Source of the DNA: a virus
Taxonomy: Duplodnaviria > Caudoviricetes
DNA: 59,975 bases
Direction: 5' to 3' (one strand)
IMG/VR virus record: IMGVR_UViG_3300033067_002221
Span: 1 to 59,975 of that record
This document shows, one piece after another, positions 18,201 to 28,315 of this stretch. Position 1 is the first letter of the stretch. Each line of letters opens with the position of its first letter. A program made the translations under genes and the position numbers. A model generated the notes under the pieces. That model was not told the origin of the DNA. It worked only from the letters and a program-made list of their open reading frames with translations, and did no database searches.

Positions 18201-19760
18201 GTGACCATTCCCGTCATCGGCATCCCGGCGAGCGACATCGTCCCGGGCGCGCCCTTCCAGTCGAACTTCGCCGCAGGCGTCGCGGGCCAGGGCTCTGCGC
18301 CGCTCAAGGTGCTGCTCATCGGCAACATGCTGACCGGCGGGACCGGCGTCGCGGGCACCGTCTACGGCCCCGACACCGCCGTCCCCATGAACAGCGAGGA
18401 CGACGCGGCCGCGCTCTTCGGCGCGCGCTCCGAGGCGCGGCGCATGGTGCGGTGGTTCAAGCGCGTCGCGCCGAACCTGGCGCTCTACGTCTGCCCCGCG
18501 GCGGAGTCGGCGGGCGCGCAGGCGACCACGACGATCACGTACACCGGCACGACGGCGAGCGCGGCGGGCTACGTCCGCGTGCGCATCAACCGCGCCGAGT
18601 ACGTCGACGTGCCGTTCGCGAAGGGCGACGCGATCGCCACCATCGCCACGGCCACCGACACGTACATGAAGTCGCAGGCGCACTGGCCGGTCACGAGCTC
18701 GCCGGCCGCGGGCGTCGTGACGGTCACCGCCGCGCAGAAGGGCCTCCGCGGCAACCGGATCAAGATCAGCGCGCAGGTCTTCCCCGCCGACGGGTCGACC
18801 GGCATCACGGTCTCGCCGACCACGATGACCGCGCTCGCGAGCGGCACGACGTCCGACCTTTGGACGACCGTGCTCGCGTCGATCATCGGCCGCCGCTTCT
18901 ACTGGATCGCCTCGGCCGACGACGGCGCCGGCAGCGGCCTGCTCGCGCTGCAGACGCAGCTCGACTCGGACGCGCTCCCCGCGCAGGGCAACCGCCAGTG
19001 CGTGATCGCCGCGTCGACCGACACGCTCGCGAACGGCATCACGCAGAGCACCGCGCTGAACGACCCGCGCATCGACATCGTCTCGCAGGTCGGCGGCGAC
19101 ATCGAACCGTGCTGCCTCGCGGCGGCGGCCACCGCGGCCTTCGCGCTCGGCGAGACGTCGCTCGATCCGATGCTCTGCAACTTCGACGGGTGGGGGAACG
19201 TCAACATCCCCGGCATCGGCGACACGCAGGCGCTCTGGCCGATCCCCGCGCCGATGGTCGACACGCGGCTCACGCGCACGCAGCTCAACTCGGGGCTCAC
19301 GAGCGGCCTGACGATGCTGCAGGTCGGCGACGCCGGCCGCTCGTTCATCGTCAAGCGCGTCACGACGAAGTTCCTCACGTCGTCGCAGTACGACTACCGG
19401 ATCCGCGACTCGCACAAGCGCTCGATCATGGACCGCTTCGGCGACGACACGCAGGCCGCGATGTCGTCCGCGATGGCCGGCAAGGTCATCGGCGACGCGG
19501 TCCCGGTCAACCAGCGACAGCCGAACGCGCTGGTCTTCACGACCGACGACGCGACCGCGATCGTGAAGAACGTCGTCCTCAAGTACCAGGCGAAGACCCT
19601 GCTGCAGCAGGTCGACAGCGTGACCCTCGCGCCCGGCGGCATCATCGCGCAGCGCGACTCGGGCGCGCCGACGCGCATCGCGACGCAGGTCAACCTCGTC
19701 CCCGTCGACGTGCTCGACCAGGCGCCGATCGTCGCCAACCAGCAGTCGGCCTCGCTCTGA
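18201..19760 (+). CDS. contractile tail sheath protein (Mu gpL-like)
   Basis: KVLLIG, AAALFGARSEARRM, VTVTAAQKGLRGN, GLTMLQV, IVKRVTT motifs. Confidence 0.9.
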   Translation: MTIPVIGIPASDIVPGAPFQSNFAAGVAGQGSAPLKVLLIGNMLTGGTGVAGTVYGPDTAVPMNSEDDAAALFGARSEARRMVRWFKRVAPNLALYVCPAAESAGAQATTTITYTGTTASAAGYVRVRINRAEYVDVPFAKGDAIATIATATDTYMKSQAHWPVTSSPAAGVVTVTAAQKGLRGNRIKISAQVFPADGSTGITVSPTTMTALASGTTSDLWTTVLASIIGRRFYWIASADDGAGSGLLALQTQLDSDALPAQGNRQCVIAASTDTLANGITQSTALNDPRIDIVSQVGGDIEPCCLAAAATAAFALGETSLDPMLCNFDGWGNVNIPGIGDTQALWPIPAPMVDTRLTRTQLNSGLTSGLTMLQVGDAGRSFIVKRVTTKFLTSSQYDYRIRDSHKRSIMDRFGDDTQAAMSSAMAGKVIGDAVPVNQRQPNALVFTTDDATAIVKNVVLKYQAKTLLQQVDSVTLAPGGIIAQRDSGAPTRIATQVNLVPVDVLDQAPIVANQQSASL

Positions 19761-19842
19761 GCCGCTGACGCACAACACCTGACGGCACCCGGGCGGCGAG
19801 CGCGAACAGCGTCTCGCCGTTTCGGCGTGCTCGGAGCCCGCC

Positions 19843-20241
19843 ATGTCGCAGACGACCATGCAGACGTACGCCGTCCACAAGGTGTACGTGAACGATCGGC
19901 TGAGCGTTCAGCACACGAACCTCACGATCAAGCGCACGAGCAACATCCAGAAGCAGCACACCGTGAACCTCGGCCTCTCGGGCGGCTCGCCGGGCGCGGC
20001 CGAGATGGAGATCTCGATCGACTTCGCCGAGCCCGCGGTCGGCATGGAGTTCGACTTCGGCACGTACATCGCCAACGTCGTCGACTCGAGCGGCCGCTTC
20101 GTGAAGCTCACGATCGTCGGCAACGGGAACAAGACGCTGACGGGCGATTTCATGGTGATGGACGACGACATCGCCCAGGGCGTCGACACCAACGCGAAGC
20201 AGACCGTGAACTTCGCCGGCCCGATGCAGCAGTGGGTGTGA
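19843..20241 (+). CDS. tail tube protein
   Basis: 132-aa beta-rich ORF right after sheath. Confidence 0.75.
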   Translation: MSQTTMQTYAVHKVYVNDRLSVQHTNLTIKRTSNIQKQHTVNLGLSGGSPGAAEMEISIDFAEPAVGMEFDFGTYIANVVDSSGRFVKLTIVGNGNKTLTGDFMVMDDDIAQGVDTNAKQTVNFAGPMQQWV

Positions 20242-20242
20242 C

Positions 20243-20965
20243 GTGCTGAGCGTCGACCGCATGTTCGCGCCCCCGCCGGACGTCCCGCACGCCGAGCTCT
20301 TCGCGAAGCTCTGCGCGATGCCGCGCGCGGGCGAGACGGTGCCGTTCCCGCGCGTCGACTTCACGAAGTGCCCGCTGCACGCGGCGTCGTACCCGTCGGC
20401 GGAGGAGCGCGAGGCGCCCGGCTGCCAGTGCGCGCCGATCGGCTCGGTGCACCTGCGCGTGCTGACGCAGGACGAACAGGAAGAGGCGAAGGCCGACGCG
20501 CTCACGCACGCCAAGACGCGCATGGGCAAGCACGTCCCGTCGAAGGACGAGACGACCGACAGCTTCGACGACCTGTTCACGATGTATTTGAACGTCGAGC
20601 TGCTGTTCCGCGCGTGTCGCAACGCGCAGGACCGGCGCGCGCCGTTCTTCCGCACGCCGCAGGACGTCGAGAAGCTGCTCTACGTCGACGAGATCGGCGT
20701 GCTCGTGAACGCGTACATCCGCGTCCAGAACACGTACGGGCCGTTCGTCGCGACGATGGAGCAGGACGCGCTCGACGCGATCCTCGACCGGCTCGAGGAG
20801 GGCGGCCGCAGCCACCCTTTAGATTTCGCTTCCTTGGGGCTGCTGAAAGCGCTCTTGACGCGTTCGGTGCGCCGGTCGTCGAGCTTACGGACGGGCACCT
20901 CCTCGCCTGGTACGCAGCCCGTCGAGCCCACGCCCGAGACGTCACCGGAGAGCCCAAGCCCGTAG
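20243..20965 (+). CDS. tail assembly chaperone (gpG-like)
   Basis: Between tube and tape measure; contains a slippery site. Confidence 0.75.
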   Translation: MLSVDRMFAPPPDVPHAELFAKLCAMPRAGETVPFPRVDFTKCPLHAASYPSAEEREAPGCQCAPIGSVHLRVLTQDEQEEAKADALTHAKTRMGKHVPSKDETTDSFDDLFTMYLNVELLFRACRNAQDRRAPFFRTPQDVEKLLYVDEIGVLVNAYIRVQNTYGPFVATMEQDALDAILDRLEEGGRSHPLDFASLGLLKALLTRSVRRSSSLRTGTSSPGTQPVEPTPETSPESPSP

Positions 20966-21084
20966 CGGCTGACGAGAACGAGTGGCCGCTGCCGCGGTAC
21001 GTGAGCAAGGCGCTCGCGGACGAGTGGCCGTTCCTGCGCGGCGCCCCGAAGAGCGAAGAAGAGCGGCAGCAGCCGCGAAGGTGA
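20815..21084 (+). other. programmed -1 frameshift site C CCT TTA and gpGT-like extension
   Basis: In-frame X XXY YYZ heptamer at 20815-20821; the -1 frame is open to 21084, 3 nt before the tape measure ATG. Confidence 0.7.
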
Positions 21085-21087
21085 CGC

Positions 21088-23229
21088 ATGCCCGCTCCGG
21101 TCACGACTCGCTTCGCCCACGAAGGGTCGGAGAGCGTCGTCGCGGCGTTCCGCTCGATCGAGCAGGCCGCGCTCCGCGCCGCGAACGCGGAGGGGCGCGC
21201 CGCGCGCGTGCGCACGTCGAGCGCTCGGCAGGCGACGCAGAGCGCGCAGCAGAGCGCGACGGCGAGTGAGGCGAGCGCGAAGAAGACCGCCTCCGCCGAG
21301 GAGTCGCTCGCGAAGAAGCAGGCCGCGAACCGCGCGAGCTTCATGCGCGCGATCGAGGCAGACGCGAAGAAGAAGAAGAAGATCGACGACGAGATCGCGG
21401 CGAGCGCGAAGAAGACGGCGAAGACGCTCGCCGACCTGAAGAAGCAGCAGACGCGCCGCGCGACGAGCTCGCGCCTCGGTGGCCACCAGAACAGTAACTC
21501 GACCGGCATCGAGGGCCTCTCCAAGAAGGAGGCTGTCTCGATGCTCTTCGGCTCGTCGAGCGCCGGCATGGCCAGCCTCGGCGGCATCGGTCTCGCCATC
21601 GGCGGACTGCTTGCGTTCAAGGGCGCCCTATCGCTCGGCGCGGACGCGATGCATCAGTTCGCGGGCTTCGTGCTCACCGACGTCATCCGCCCCGCGATGG
21701 CGGCTCGGAAGCAGGCCGGGCAGCTGCACAACACCGGCTACGGCAGCAGTGCCGCCGCGGCCTTCGGCGACATGGGCGCGTTCGCTGCTGCCCACGGCGT
21801 CACGCGCGCAGCGGCCGGCAGCGCGCTCGCTGCGGCGTACGACACCACGCGCGACACTGGCCGCGCGAAGAACGTCGCGGGCGTCGCGCTCGGGATGTCG
21901 CGCGCGTACGGCGTCGAGGACGTCGAGGGGCTCGTCAACTCGCTCGCGAAGATGCGCGCGCAGCTCGGCGACCTCACCGACAACGAATTCGCGACGTTCG
22001 CCGACATGCTCGCGAAGCAGTCGAAGACGGGCGGCCTGAGCGTGCAGACGCAGGTGCGCCTGAACGACTCGATCCTCGAGACCGCGCAGCGCTTCACCAA
22101 GTCGAACGGCGGGCACTCGGCCGCGAACATCGGCGCGATCTCCGGGCTCGTCGGCCTATCCGCGCTCTCGACGGGCGACGCCACGCACTCGATGGCGGGC
22201 TTCGCGAGCGTCGTCGAAGCGGCGCGCACGCACCGCGTAGGCACGGACGTGAACGGCAACGTCGCCGACGTGCGCGCGCTCGTGCCGGCGATGCTTGCGA
22301 AGTTCGGCACCACCGAGCGGCAGCAGAAGGCGGGCGGTCTCGACCAGGCCGCGATCGACTTCCTCAAGCCGTTCGCCGAGAAGATGGCGAGCGGCGGGAA
22401 GGACGGCCTCGTCGCGCAGATCGCGGGCGCGACCACGCCCGTTGCCGGCCGCAACCTCATCGGCGGCGACGAGGGGAAGATCGCGCAGACGACGTCCGAG
22501 CGATTCGCCGCGGCGGTCGAGCGGCTCAAGGAAAAGTTCCTCGTCCTCGAGCCGACCGTCGAGCACTTCATGAACGCGCTCATCGCGAACGAGCCGACGA
22601 TCGACGAGCTGATCGACAGCCTCGTCCCGCTCGGCGTGGCGATGGGCGACCTCGCGGCCTTCCTGATCGGCAACGTAAACCCGGGGATCGAGATCCTCAG
22701 CGGCCTGTTCGACTTGCTCGCGAGCGCGGTGCGCGTCGCGCTGCTGCCGTTCACGATCATTCCGGCCGTGCTCGCCGGGTTCGTGGGCGGCGTGCTCAAG
22801 CTCGTCTCCAAGATCCCCGGCATGGGCGGCGGCGACGTCGAGAAGACCGCCGACTTCCTCCTGAGCGCGGGCAAGGCCGGCAGCTACGGCGCACTCGAGC
22901 AGGCGTTCACCGGCATGGACAAGGTCGCCAAGGGGATGGCGAACCTCAAGACGGACACGGGCGCGCGCGCGACGCTTGGCGCCTACGCGCCCGGCGAGCG
23001 CCGCAGCGGCCCCGTCGCGGCCGTCGCGCCCCTCGGCGGCTCGCTCGGGTGGGCGTACGGCGGCAGCGTGCCGACCGCGACCGGCGGCGGCCCGCACGCC
23101 GCTGCGCCTGCGACGCCGGGCCTCGACGCCCTCGACAAGAAGCTCGGCATGCTCGCGAAGGCGCTCCCGAGTGACCCCAAGCGGTTCGTTCCGCTGGGCG
23201 CGTCCGACCGGATGGTGGGGGCGTTCTGA
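21088..23229 (+). CDS. tape measure protein
   Basis: 713-aa helical Ala/Gly-rich ORF with hydrophobic stretches; synteny. Confidence 0.85.
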   Translation: MPAPVTTRFAHEGSESVVAAFRSIEQAALRAANAEGRAARVRTSSARQATQSAQQSATASEASAKKTASAEESLAKKQAANRASFMRAIEADAKKKKKIDDEIAASAKKTAKTLADLKKQQTRRATSSRLGGHQNSNSTGIEGLSKKEAVSMLFGSSSAGMASLGGIGLAIGGLLAFKGALSLGADAMHQFAGFVLTDVIRPAMAARKQAGQLHNTGYGSSAAAAFGDMGAFAAAHGVTRAAAGSALAAAYDTTRDTGRAKNVAGVALGMSRAYGVEDVEGLVNSLAKMRAQLGDLTDNEFATFADMLAKQSKTGGLSVQTQVRLNDSILETAQRFTKSNGGHSAANIGAISGLVGLSALSTGDATHSMAGFASVVEAARTHRVGTDVNGNVADVRALVPAMLAKFGTTERQQKAGGLDQAAIDFLKPFAEKMASGGKDGLVAQIAGATTPVAGRNLIGGDEGKIAQTTSERFAAAVERLKEKFLVLEPTVEHFMNALIANEPTIDELIDSLVPLGVAMGDLAAFLIGNVNPGIEILSGLFDLLASAVRVALLPFTIIPAVLAGFVGGVLKLVSKIPGMGGGDVEKTADFLLSAGKAGSYGALEQAFTGMDKVAKGMANLKTDTGARATLGAYAPGERRSGPVAAVAPLGGSLGWAYGGSVPTATGGGPHAAAPATPGLDALDKKLGMLAKALPSDPKRFVPLGASDRMVGAF

Positions 23230-24134
23230 TGGCTGACGCGCTCTCGCTGCTCACGCCGCTGTCGTGGCGCGGGATCCGTCTGCCCTACGACGACCTGAAG
23301 ACGGGCGGCGCGCACGATCATCACGATCACGAGTACGACCTCGTCGACGGCGCGCGCGTCGAGATGAAGGGCCGCAAGGCGCGCGTCTTCTCGTGCAACG
23401 TGATCATGGGGAACACGGCGACGGGGTTCCTGCCGTTCCGGTACGACCGCCCGTGGTTCCCCGACGTGTGCCGCGAGTTCATCGCCGCGATGACGGACCG
23501 ATCGGCCGGCACGCTCGTGCACCCGCTCGAGGGCGAGCTGCTCTGCGTGCCGACCACGGACGAGTACACGCTCCGCAGCGGCATGCGCGACGGAACGATC
23601 CTCGCCGTGTCGTGGAAGGAGACGCTCGACGAGGTCACGCTCGCGGACGCGCCGAACCTCGACGTCATCTCGCTCGTCACATCGTCGGCCGGCGACCTCG
23701 ACTTGTCGATCCTCGCGCTCGACCCGCCGCTCACGTCCGCCGCCACGCCCTCGGCATCCTTCGGGGACCTGGTCAACTCGATCGTCGCGTTCGCCGACAC
23801 CGCGTCGCTCGTCACGCAGCAGGCGGCCGGGCATGTCACGACCGTCATCGCGCAGGCGAACATGGTGCAGCAGGCGCTCGAGCGGGATTCGAGCTCGGCG
23901 GCCGCGGCGGTGCGCATCAACGCCGAGCGGATGAAGAGCGCGCTGAACGACCTCGCCAGCAAGGCGCGCTCTACGCGCGGCAATACCAGCACCTACGCCG
24001 TCGGCAAGGCGATGACGCTCGGCCGCGTCGCCGGCATCGTCGGGCGCAGCGTCGACGAGCTGCTGCAGCTGAACCCCACGCTCGCGCAGGCCACGCTCGT
24101 GCCCGCCGGCACCGGCGTCCGGTACTACTCGTGA
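23229..24134 (+). CDS. Mu gpN-like DNA circularization/tail initiator protein with C-terminal LysM-like motif
   Basis: LSWRGI, HEY...G...E.KGRK, GTLVHPLEG, ELLQLNP. Confidence 0.85.
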   Translation: MADALSLLTPLSWRGIRLPYDDLKTGGAHDHHDHEYDLVDGARVEMKGRKARVFSCNVIMGNTATGFLPFRYDRPWFPDVCREFIAAMTDRSAGTLVHPLEGELLCVPTTDEYTLRSGMRDGTILAVSWKETLDEVTLADAPNLDVISLVTSSAGDLDLSILALDPPLTSAATPSASFGDLVNSIVAFADTASLVTQQAAGHVTTVIAQANMVQQALERDSSSAAAAVRINAERMKSALNDLASKARSTRGNTSTYAVGKAMTLGRVAGIVGRSVDELLQLNPTLAQATLVPAGTGVRYYS

Positions 24135-25462
24135 CCGACGTCGTTTCGCTCGTCATCGCGAAGACCGGCGAGAAGATCGCGGAGTTCACGCAGTTCTCGC
24201 TCCACCAGGACTTCCTGACGCCGTGCGCCGCGTGGAGCCTCGAGACCGGCGACTGGGCGACGATCGCGCGCATCCGCCGCACGCTCAAGCCGGGCACGTT
24301 CGTGCAGTTCCTCGTGAACGGCGCGCCGCACTGCACGGGGCCCGCGGGGAAGTTCTCGATCAAGGGGACCACCGCGTTGTCGGTCGGCGGCCGCGACGCG
24401 CTCGGCGTCGCTGTCGACGCGTGCCTCGACCCCACGCTCGTCTTCACGCCCGGCACGACGATGGGCGACGTGTTCCAGGCGATCTTCACGCCGCTCGGGT
24501 TCGACCGCCTCAGCACGTCGGACATCTTCAACCGCCGCGCGATGAGCGGCGTGAACCCGGCGAAGGCCGGGCAGAAGGTCATCCAGGCCGCGCAGTCGAT
24601 CCCGAACGAGGTGATCGACACGATGACCGGGCAGGCAGTGCCCACGGGCACGTTCTCGACGGTGCCGGCGGTGACGGAGCTATACGACCCGACCGCGCCG
24701 AAGTCGATCAAGGCGCTGCCCATCGACCAGTTCAAGCCGCAGCCCGGCGAGGGGACGTTCGAGTTCTGGGCGCGCCTGATCAAGCGGTTCGCGATGTGGA
24801 CGTGGTGCAGCGGCGACGGCAAGACGCTGATCGTCGACGCGCCTGACTTCGACCAGGCGCCGAGCTACTCGATCGTGCGGCGCATCGACGGCGTGGGGAA
24901 CAACGTCGAGCGCGACTCCGGCGACGTCGAGCTCGACGGCGAGGAGCAGCCGAGCGTCATCATCGCGACGGGCTGGGGCGGCGGCGGCTACCGCGACCGC
25001 GCCACGCTCAAGGTCGCGATGGTGAACGAGCTGACCGGGTGCGACTCGAGCGGCGCGATCCTCCCCGCGGTGCAGGCGACGATCAACCGCTTCCCAGGCA
25101 TCCACGTGCTGCCGGTGCGGCCGAAGCTGCTGCCCCTCGCTGCGGGCTTCGACTACGAGCACAGCCGGCCGCGCTTCCTGCACGACGACGAGTCGCGCAA
25201 CCAGGGGCAGCTCGAGGCGTTCGTGCAGCGCGCGATGGCCGAGCACCAGAAGCGCGCGGTCTCGCTCAAGTACACGTTGACCGGCCTCTCGCAGAACGGC
25301 ACGGCCTTCGTCTGCAACACGATCGCCCATGTGCAGGACGAGGTGGCCGGCGTCGAGGGGCGGTTCTGGGTCATGTCGCGCGAGCTCGCGGGCGGCCGCC
25401 CCGGCGGCGCGCACACGACGCTGACGCTCATCCCGCCGTGGTGTTTGGACCTCGTCGCTTGA
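24131..25462 (+). CDS. baseplate hub protein (Mu gpP/gp44-like)
   Basis: VGGRDALGVAVD, PQPGEGTFEF; synteny. Confidence 0.8.
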   Translation: MTDVVSLVIAKTGEKIAEFTQFSLHQDFLTPCAAWSLETGDWATIARIRRTLKPGTFVQFLVNGAPHCTGPAGKFSIKGTTALSVGGRDALGVAVDACLDPTLVFTPGTTMGDVFQAIFTPLGFDRLSTSDIFNRRAMSGVNPAKAGQKVIQAAQSIPNEVIDTMTGQAVPTGTFSTVPAVTELYDPTAPKSIKALPIDQFKPQPGEGTFEFWARLIKRFAMWTWCSGDGKTLIVDAPDFDQAPSYSIVRRIDGVGNNVERDSGDVELDGEEQPSVIIATGWGGGGYRDRATLKVAMVNELTGCDSSGAILPAVQATINRFPGIHVLPVRPKLLPLAAGFDYEHSRPRFLHDDESRNQGQLEAFVQRAMAEHQKRAVSLKYTLTGLSQNGTAFVCNTIAHVQDEVAGVEGRFWVMSRELAGGRPGGAHTTLTLIPPWCLDLVA

Positions 25463-25470
25463 GGTAGCCG

Positions 25471-26196
25471 ATGCCCCCTCCCGGATCGCTCGCGTCGCTG
25501 TTCATCGTCGGCGCCGACATCCTCGCGAGCGCGCGCGATGCGGTGACGGGGCTGATCACGCTGCAGCTCGGCGACGCCGTGCGGCGCTCGGTCTCGTCGC
25601 AGAACGCGGAGCTTTGGTTTCCGTTCGGCTGGGCATCGCGCCCCGCGAAGGCAACGCCGGGCAAGCCGAGCGCGCAGGCGTTCGGCGTCTGCACGGGCGG
25701 CCGGGACGCGATCATTGGCGGCCGCGACGCGCGCTCAAACGCCATCTACGGCGGGCTCGCCGAGGGCGAGTCGTGCGCGTACGCGCCGGCCGGCCAGGCG
25801 CGCGCGCTCTTCAAGGCGGACGGCTCGGTCACGCTGTTCACGACCGACGACAACACCGCGACGGGCAAGAGCTGCTCGTTCGAGTTCCGCTCGACCGGGC
25901 TCAAGGCCGTGTTCCCGTGGGGCTCGCTCGTGTTCACCGAAGCCGACGGCTTGGTCGTGAACCATCCCGCGAGCGGCACGTCGATGGCGATGGGCCCCGT
26001 CGACGGCATGCCAGCGCCGCTCGACGTCATCAAGGGGGCGTTCTCCGTCTCCGCGCCGATGGTCGAAGCCAAGGGCCTCGTGAAGCTCGGCAAGGGCCCG
26101 TTCCTCAACGCCGTCGCGATGCCGACTCCGACGCCGCTGGTCGGCACCACCGGCGCCGGCACCGGCTCCGGCGGAGTCCTGATCGGCACAGGGTGA
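25471..26196 (+). CDS. baseplate spike protein (Mu gp45-like)
   Basis: PFGWASRP and GLAEGESCAY match the Mu gp45 pattern. Confidence 0.75.
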   Translation: MPPPGSLASLFIVGADILASARDAVTGLITLQLGDAVRRSVSSQNAELWFPFGWASRPAKATPGKPSAQAFGVCTGGRDAIIGGRDARSNAIYGGLAEGESCAYAPAGQARALFKADGSVTLFTTDDNTATGKSCSFEFRSTGLKAVFPWGSLVFTEADGLVVNHPASGTSMAMGPVDGMPAPLDVIKGAFSVSAPMVEAKGLVKLGKGPFLNAVAMPTPTPLVGTTGAGTGSGGVLIGTG

Positions 26197-26200
26197 CGCG

Positions 26201-26371
26201 ATGCCTCTTCCCGTCTCTCGCTGCAACTTCCCCGCGATTCCGGCCCCGCCCGCGCTTCCGACGCTGCCGCCGATCCCGGCCGCCGTGATGGCGCCGATCC
26301 TGGCCGCGCTTGAGGCGATCACCGAGGCGAAGCGGCTGCTGAACCCGTCGCCGACCTGCCCTCTCGACTGA
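26201..26371 (+). CDS. small Pro-rich hypothetical protein
   Basis: 56-codon ORF MPLPVSRCNF...TCPLD filling the gap. Confidence 0.5.
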   Translation: MPLPVSRCNFPAIPAPPALPTLPPIPAAVMAPILAALEAITEAKRLLNPSPTCPLD

Positions 26372-26381
26372 GGCCCCGCCC

Positions 26382-26819
26382 ATGTCCTCCCCCGTCCTCG
26401 GCGCCGGCCTCGCGCCGGCGGGCACGTCGTTCGCTGGCTTCGGCGCGCCGGCGACGGCGGACGCGCTCGTGCGCCAGACGCTCCCGCAGGGCGACGGCAC
26501 GACGGGCACCGGCCGCCTGATCGACACGCGCGGCGACTACGTGATCGACGCGAACGGCAACGTGATGGGCATGGGCTCCGCGGCGCAGCTCGTCGTGCTC
26601 GCGCTCGCGCCGCTCAAGCCGACGGGCGTCATCTCCGAGGCGGCGATCGCGACGATGAAGGGCGACATCACCGACGCGCTCAAGCCGCTCGTCGCACGCG
26701 GCCTGATCGCCGTGAAGTCGATCGCCGTCACACGCGTCGCCGGCGCGCCGACGCGTGTGCAGCGCGCCGTCACGTGGGTCGATACGCAGACCAGCTACGA
26801 GCAGACGACGATCGTCTGA
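26382..26819 (+). CDS. baseplate wedge protein (Mu gp46/gp25-like)
   Basis: ITDALKPLVARGLIAVKSIAV; synteny. Confidence 0.65.
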   Translation: MSSPVLGAGLAPAGTSFAGFGAPATADALVRQTLPQGDGTTGTGRLIDTRGDYVIDANGNVMGMGSAAQLVVLALAPLKPTGVISEAAIATMKGDITDALKPLVARGLIAVKSIAVTRVAGAPTRVQRAVTWVDTQTSYEQTTIV

Positions 26820-26829
26820 GGACCGCCGA

Positions 26830-28305
26830 ATGAGCCTCCCGATCAAGTCCGCGGCGACCATCCGCGATGACGGTCTGCGGACCACGAAGAACGGCCTCGT
26901 CGCGCGCGGCGTGACTTCGCCGAACGTCGGGCCGTCGTCGGACTACTACGGCCTCTGGACGGGCATCGGAAACGAGTGCGCGGCCGCGCAGGCGTATGCC
27001 GCCGCGGAGCTCGAGACCCTCATGCCGGACGTGCCGGCGGCCGCGCCACGATGGCTCACTGCGCTGACCGGCGCGGGCCTCAACGGGCCGTCGCCGTCGA
27101 CGGGGCGCGCCATCTTCGCGACCTCGGCGGCCACGATCGTCGCGACGGGCGCGCAGCTGCTCGACCCGCTCGGCAACCGCTGCCAGGTCGTCGCGGGCGG
27201 CGTCTTCGCGGACGGCGACGGCATCCAGGTGCAGAGCCTCGCCACCGGCCTCTCGACGAGCCTGCCGAGCGGCACGGTGCTGACGTGGGTCTCGCCCCCT
27301 CCATTCGCCGGCTCGACGGTCACGCTCGACGCCAACGGAATGACGGGCGGCCGCGACGCAGAGACGCTCGACGACGGCATGCAGCGCGTCCTCGCGCGCT
27401 TCCGCAACCCGGCCGGCGGCGGCAACCCGGCGGCGCTCGCGGCGGCTGCGGAGAGCGTCGGAGCGTTCATCCAGGCGGCCTTCGTCCATCCGGCCTGCAA
27501 CGGCCCCGGCACGGTGCACCTCACCGTCTGCGGAGCGGCCACGAGCTCGAACCGCTCGAGGGCCGTCGCCGCAGCGAACGTCGCGATCGCGCTCTCGGCC
27601 GTCGTCGGCGAGACGAGCGGGGACGTCGAGGTGGTGCTCACGAGCTCCGTCGACGTCGCCGCGGATGTGGCATTCCTGCTCTCGATCCCGGCCGCCGTCG
27701 GCGCCGGCTCGTCGGGTGGCGGGTGGGTCGACGCCGCGCCGTGGCCGACGCCGTACACGCCCGGCACGCCGCCGGCCGTGACGCTCGTCACCTCGACCAC
27801 TGACATCACGATCGGCGGGCTCGCGGCGCTGCCGGCCGTCGGCCAGTCGATCGCCTTCGTCGCCGAGACCGGCACCCGCGCGCTCTACACGGCCAAGGTG
27901 CTCTCGGTGCCGTCGACGAGCGGCGCAGGACCCTACGCCGCGCGCGTCACGCTCGACGCGCCCCTCGTCGGCGTCGCGGTCGGCTCCTACGTGTTCCCCG
28001 CGGCGGCCCGCAGCTCGGCCTACGTGAGCGCGGTGCTCGACGCCTTCGCCGCGCTCGGCCCCGGCGAGAAGACGAACGCCGCTGGCCTGCTGCCGTTCGC
28101 CTACCGCCGGCCGCTGCGCGTCGAGGCGTGGGACTACTCGATCGGTGCGAAGTTCCTCCGCGCGCTCACGAGCGCCGGCAGCGAAGTCCTCGACGCCGCC
28201 TGGTGCTACCAGAACGGCGGCACCACCACGCCACCGCTGCCCGCGTCCATCGCGCTGGGCGCCGGCGTGTTCGTCCCTCGCCGCGTGGCGTTCTACCCCG
28301 CCTGA
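26830..28305 (+). CDS. baseplate J-like protein (Mu gp47)
   Basis: TGGRDAETLD, RNPAGGGN, GPGTVHL motifs. Confidence 0.9.
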   Translation: MSLPIKSAATIRDDGLRTTKNGLVARGVTSPNVGPSSDYYGLWTGIGNECAAAQAYAAAELETLMPDVPAAAPRWLTALTGAGLNGPSPSTGRAIFATSAATIVATGAQLLDPLGNRCQVVAGGVFADGDGIQVQSLATGLSTSLPSGTVLTWVSPPPFAGSTVTLDANGMTGGRDAETLDDGMQRVLARFRNPAGGGNPAALAAAAESVGAFIQAAFVHPACNGPGTVHLTVCGAATSSNRSRAVAAANVAIALSAVVGETSGDVEVVLTSSVDVAADVAFLLSIPAAVGAGSSGGGWVDAAPWPTPYTPGTPPAVTLVTSTTDITIGGLAALPAVGQSIAFVAETGTRALYTAKVLSVPSTSGAGPYAARVTLDAPLVGVAVGSYVFPAAARSSAYVSAVLDAFAALGPGEKTNAAGLLPFAYRRPLRVEAWDYSIGAKFLRALTSAGSEVLDAAWCYQNGGTTTPPLPASIALGAGVFVPRRVAFYPA

Positions 28306-28315
28306 TCGGAGTCCC

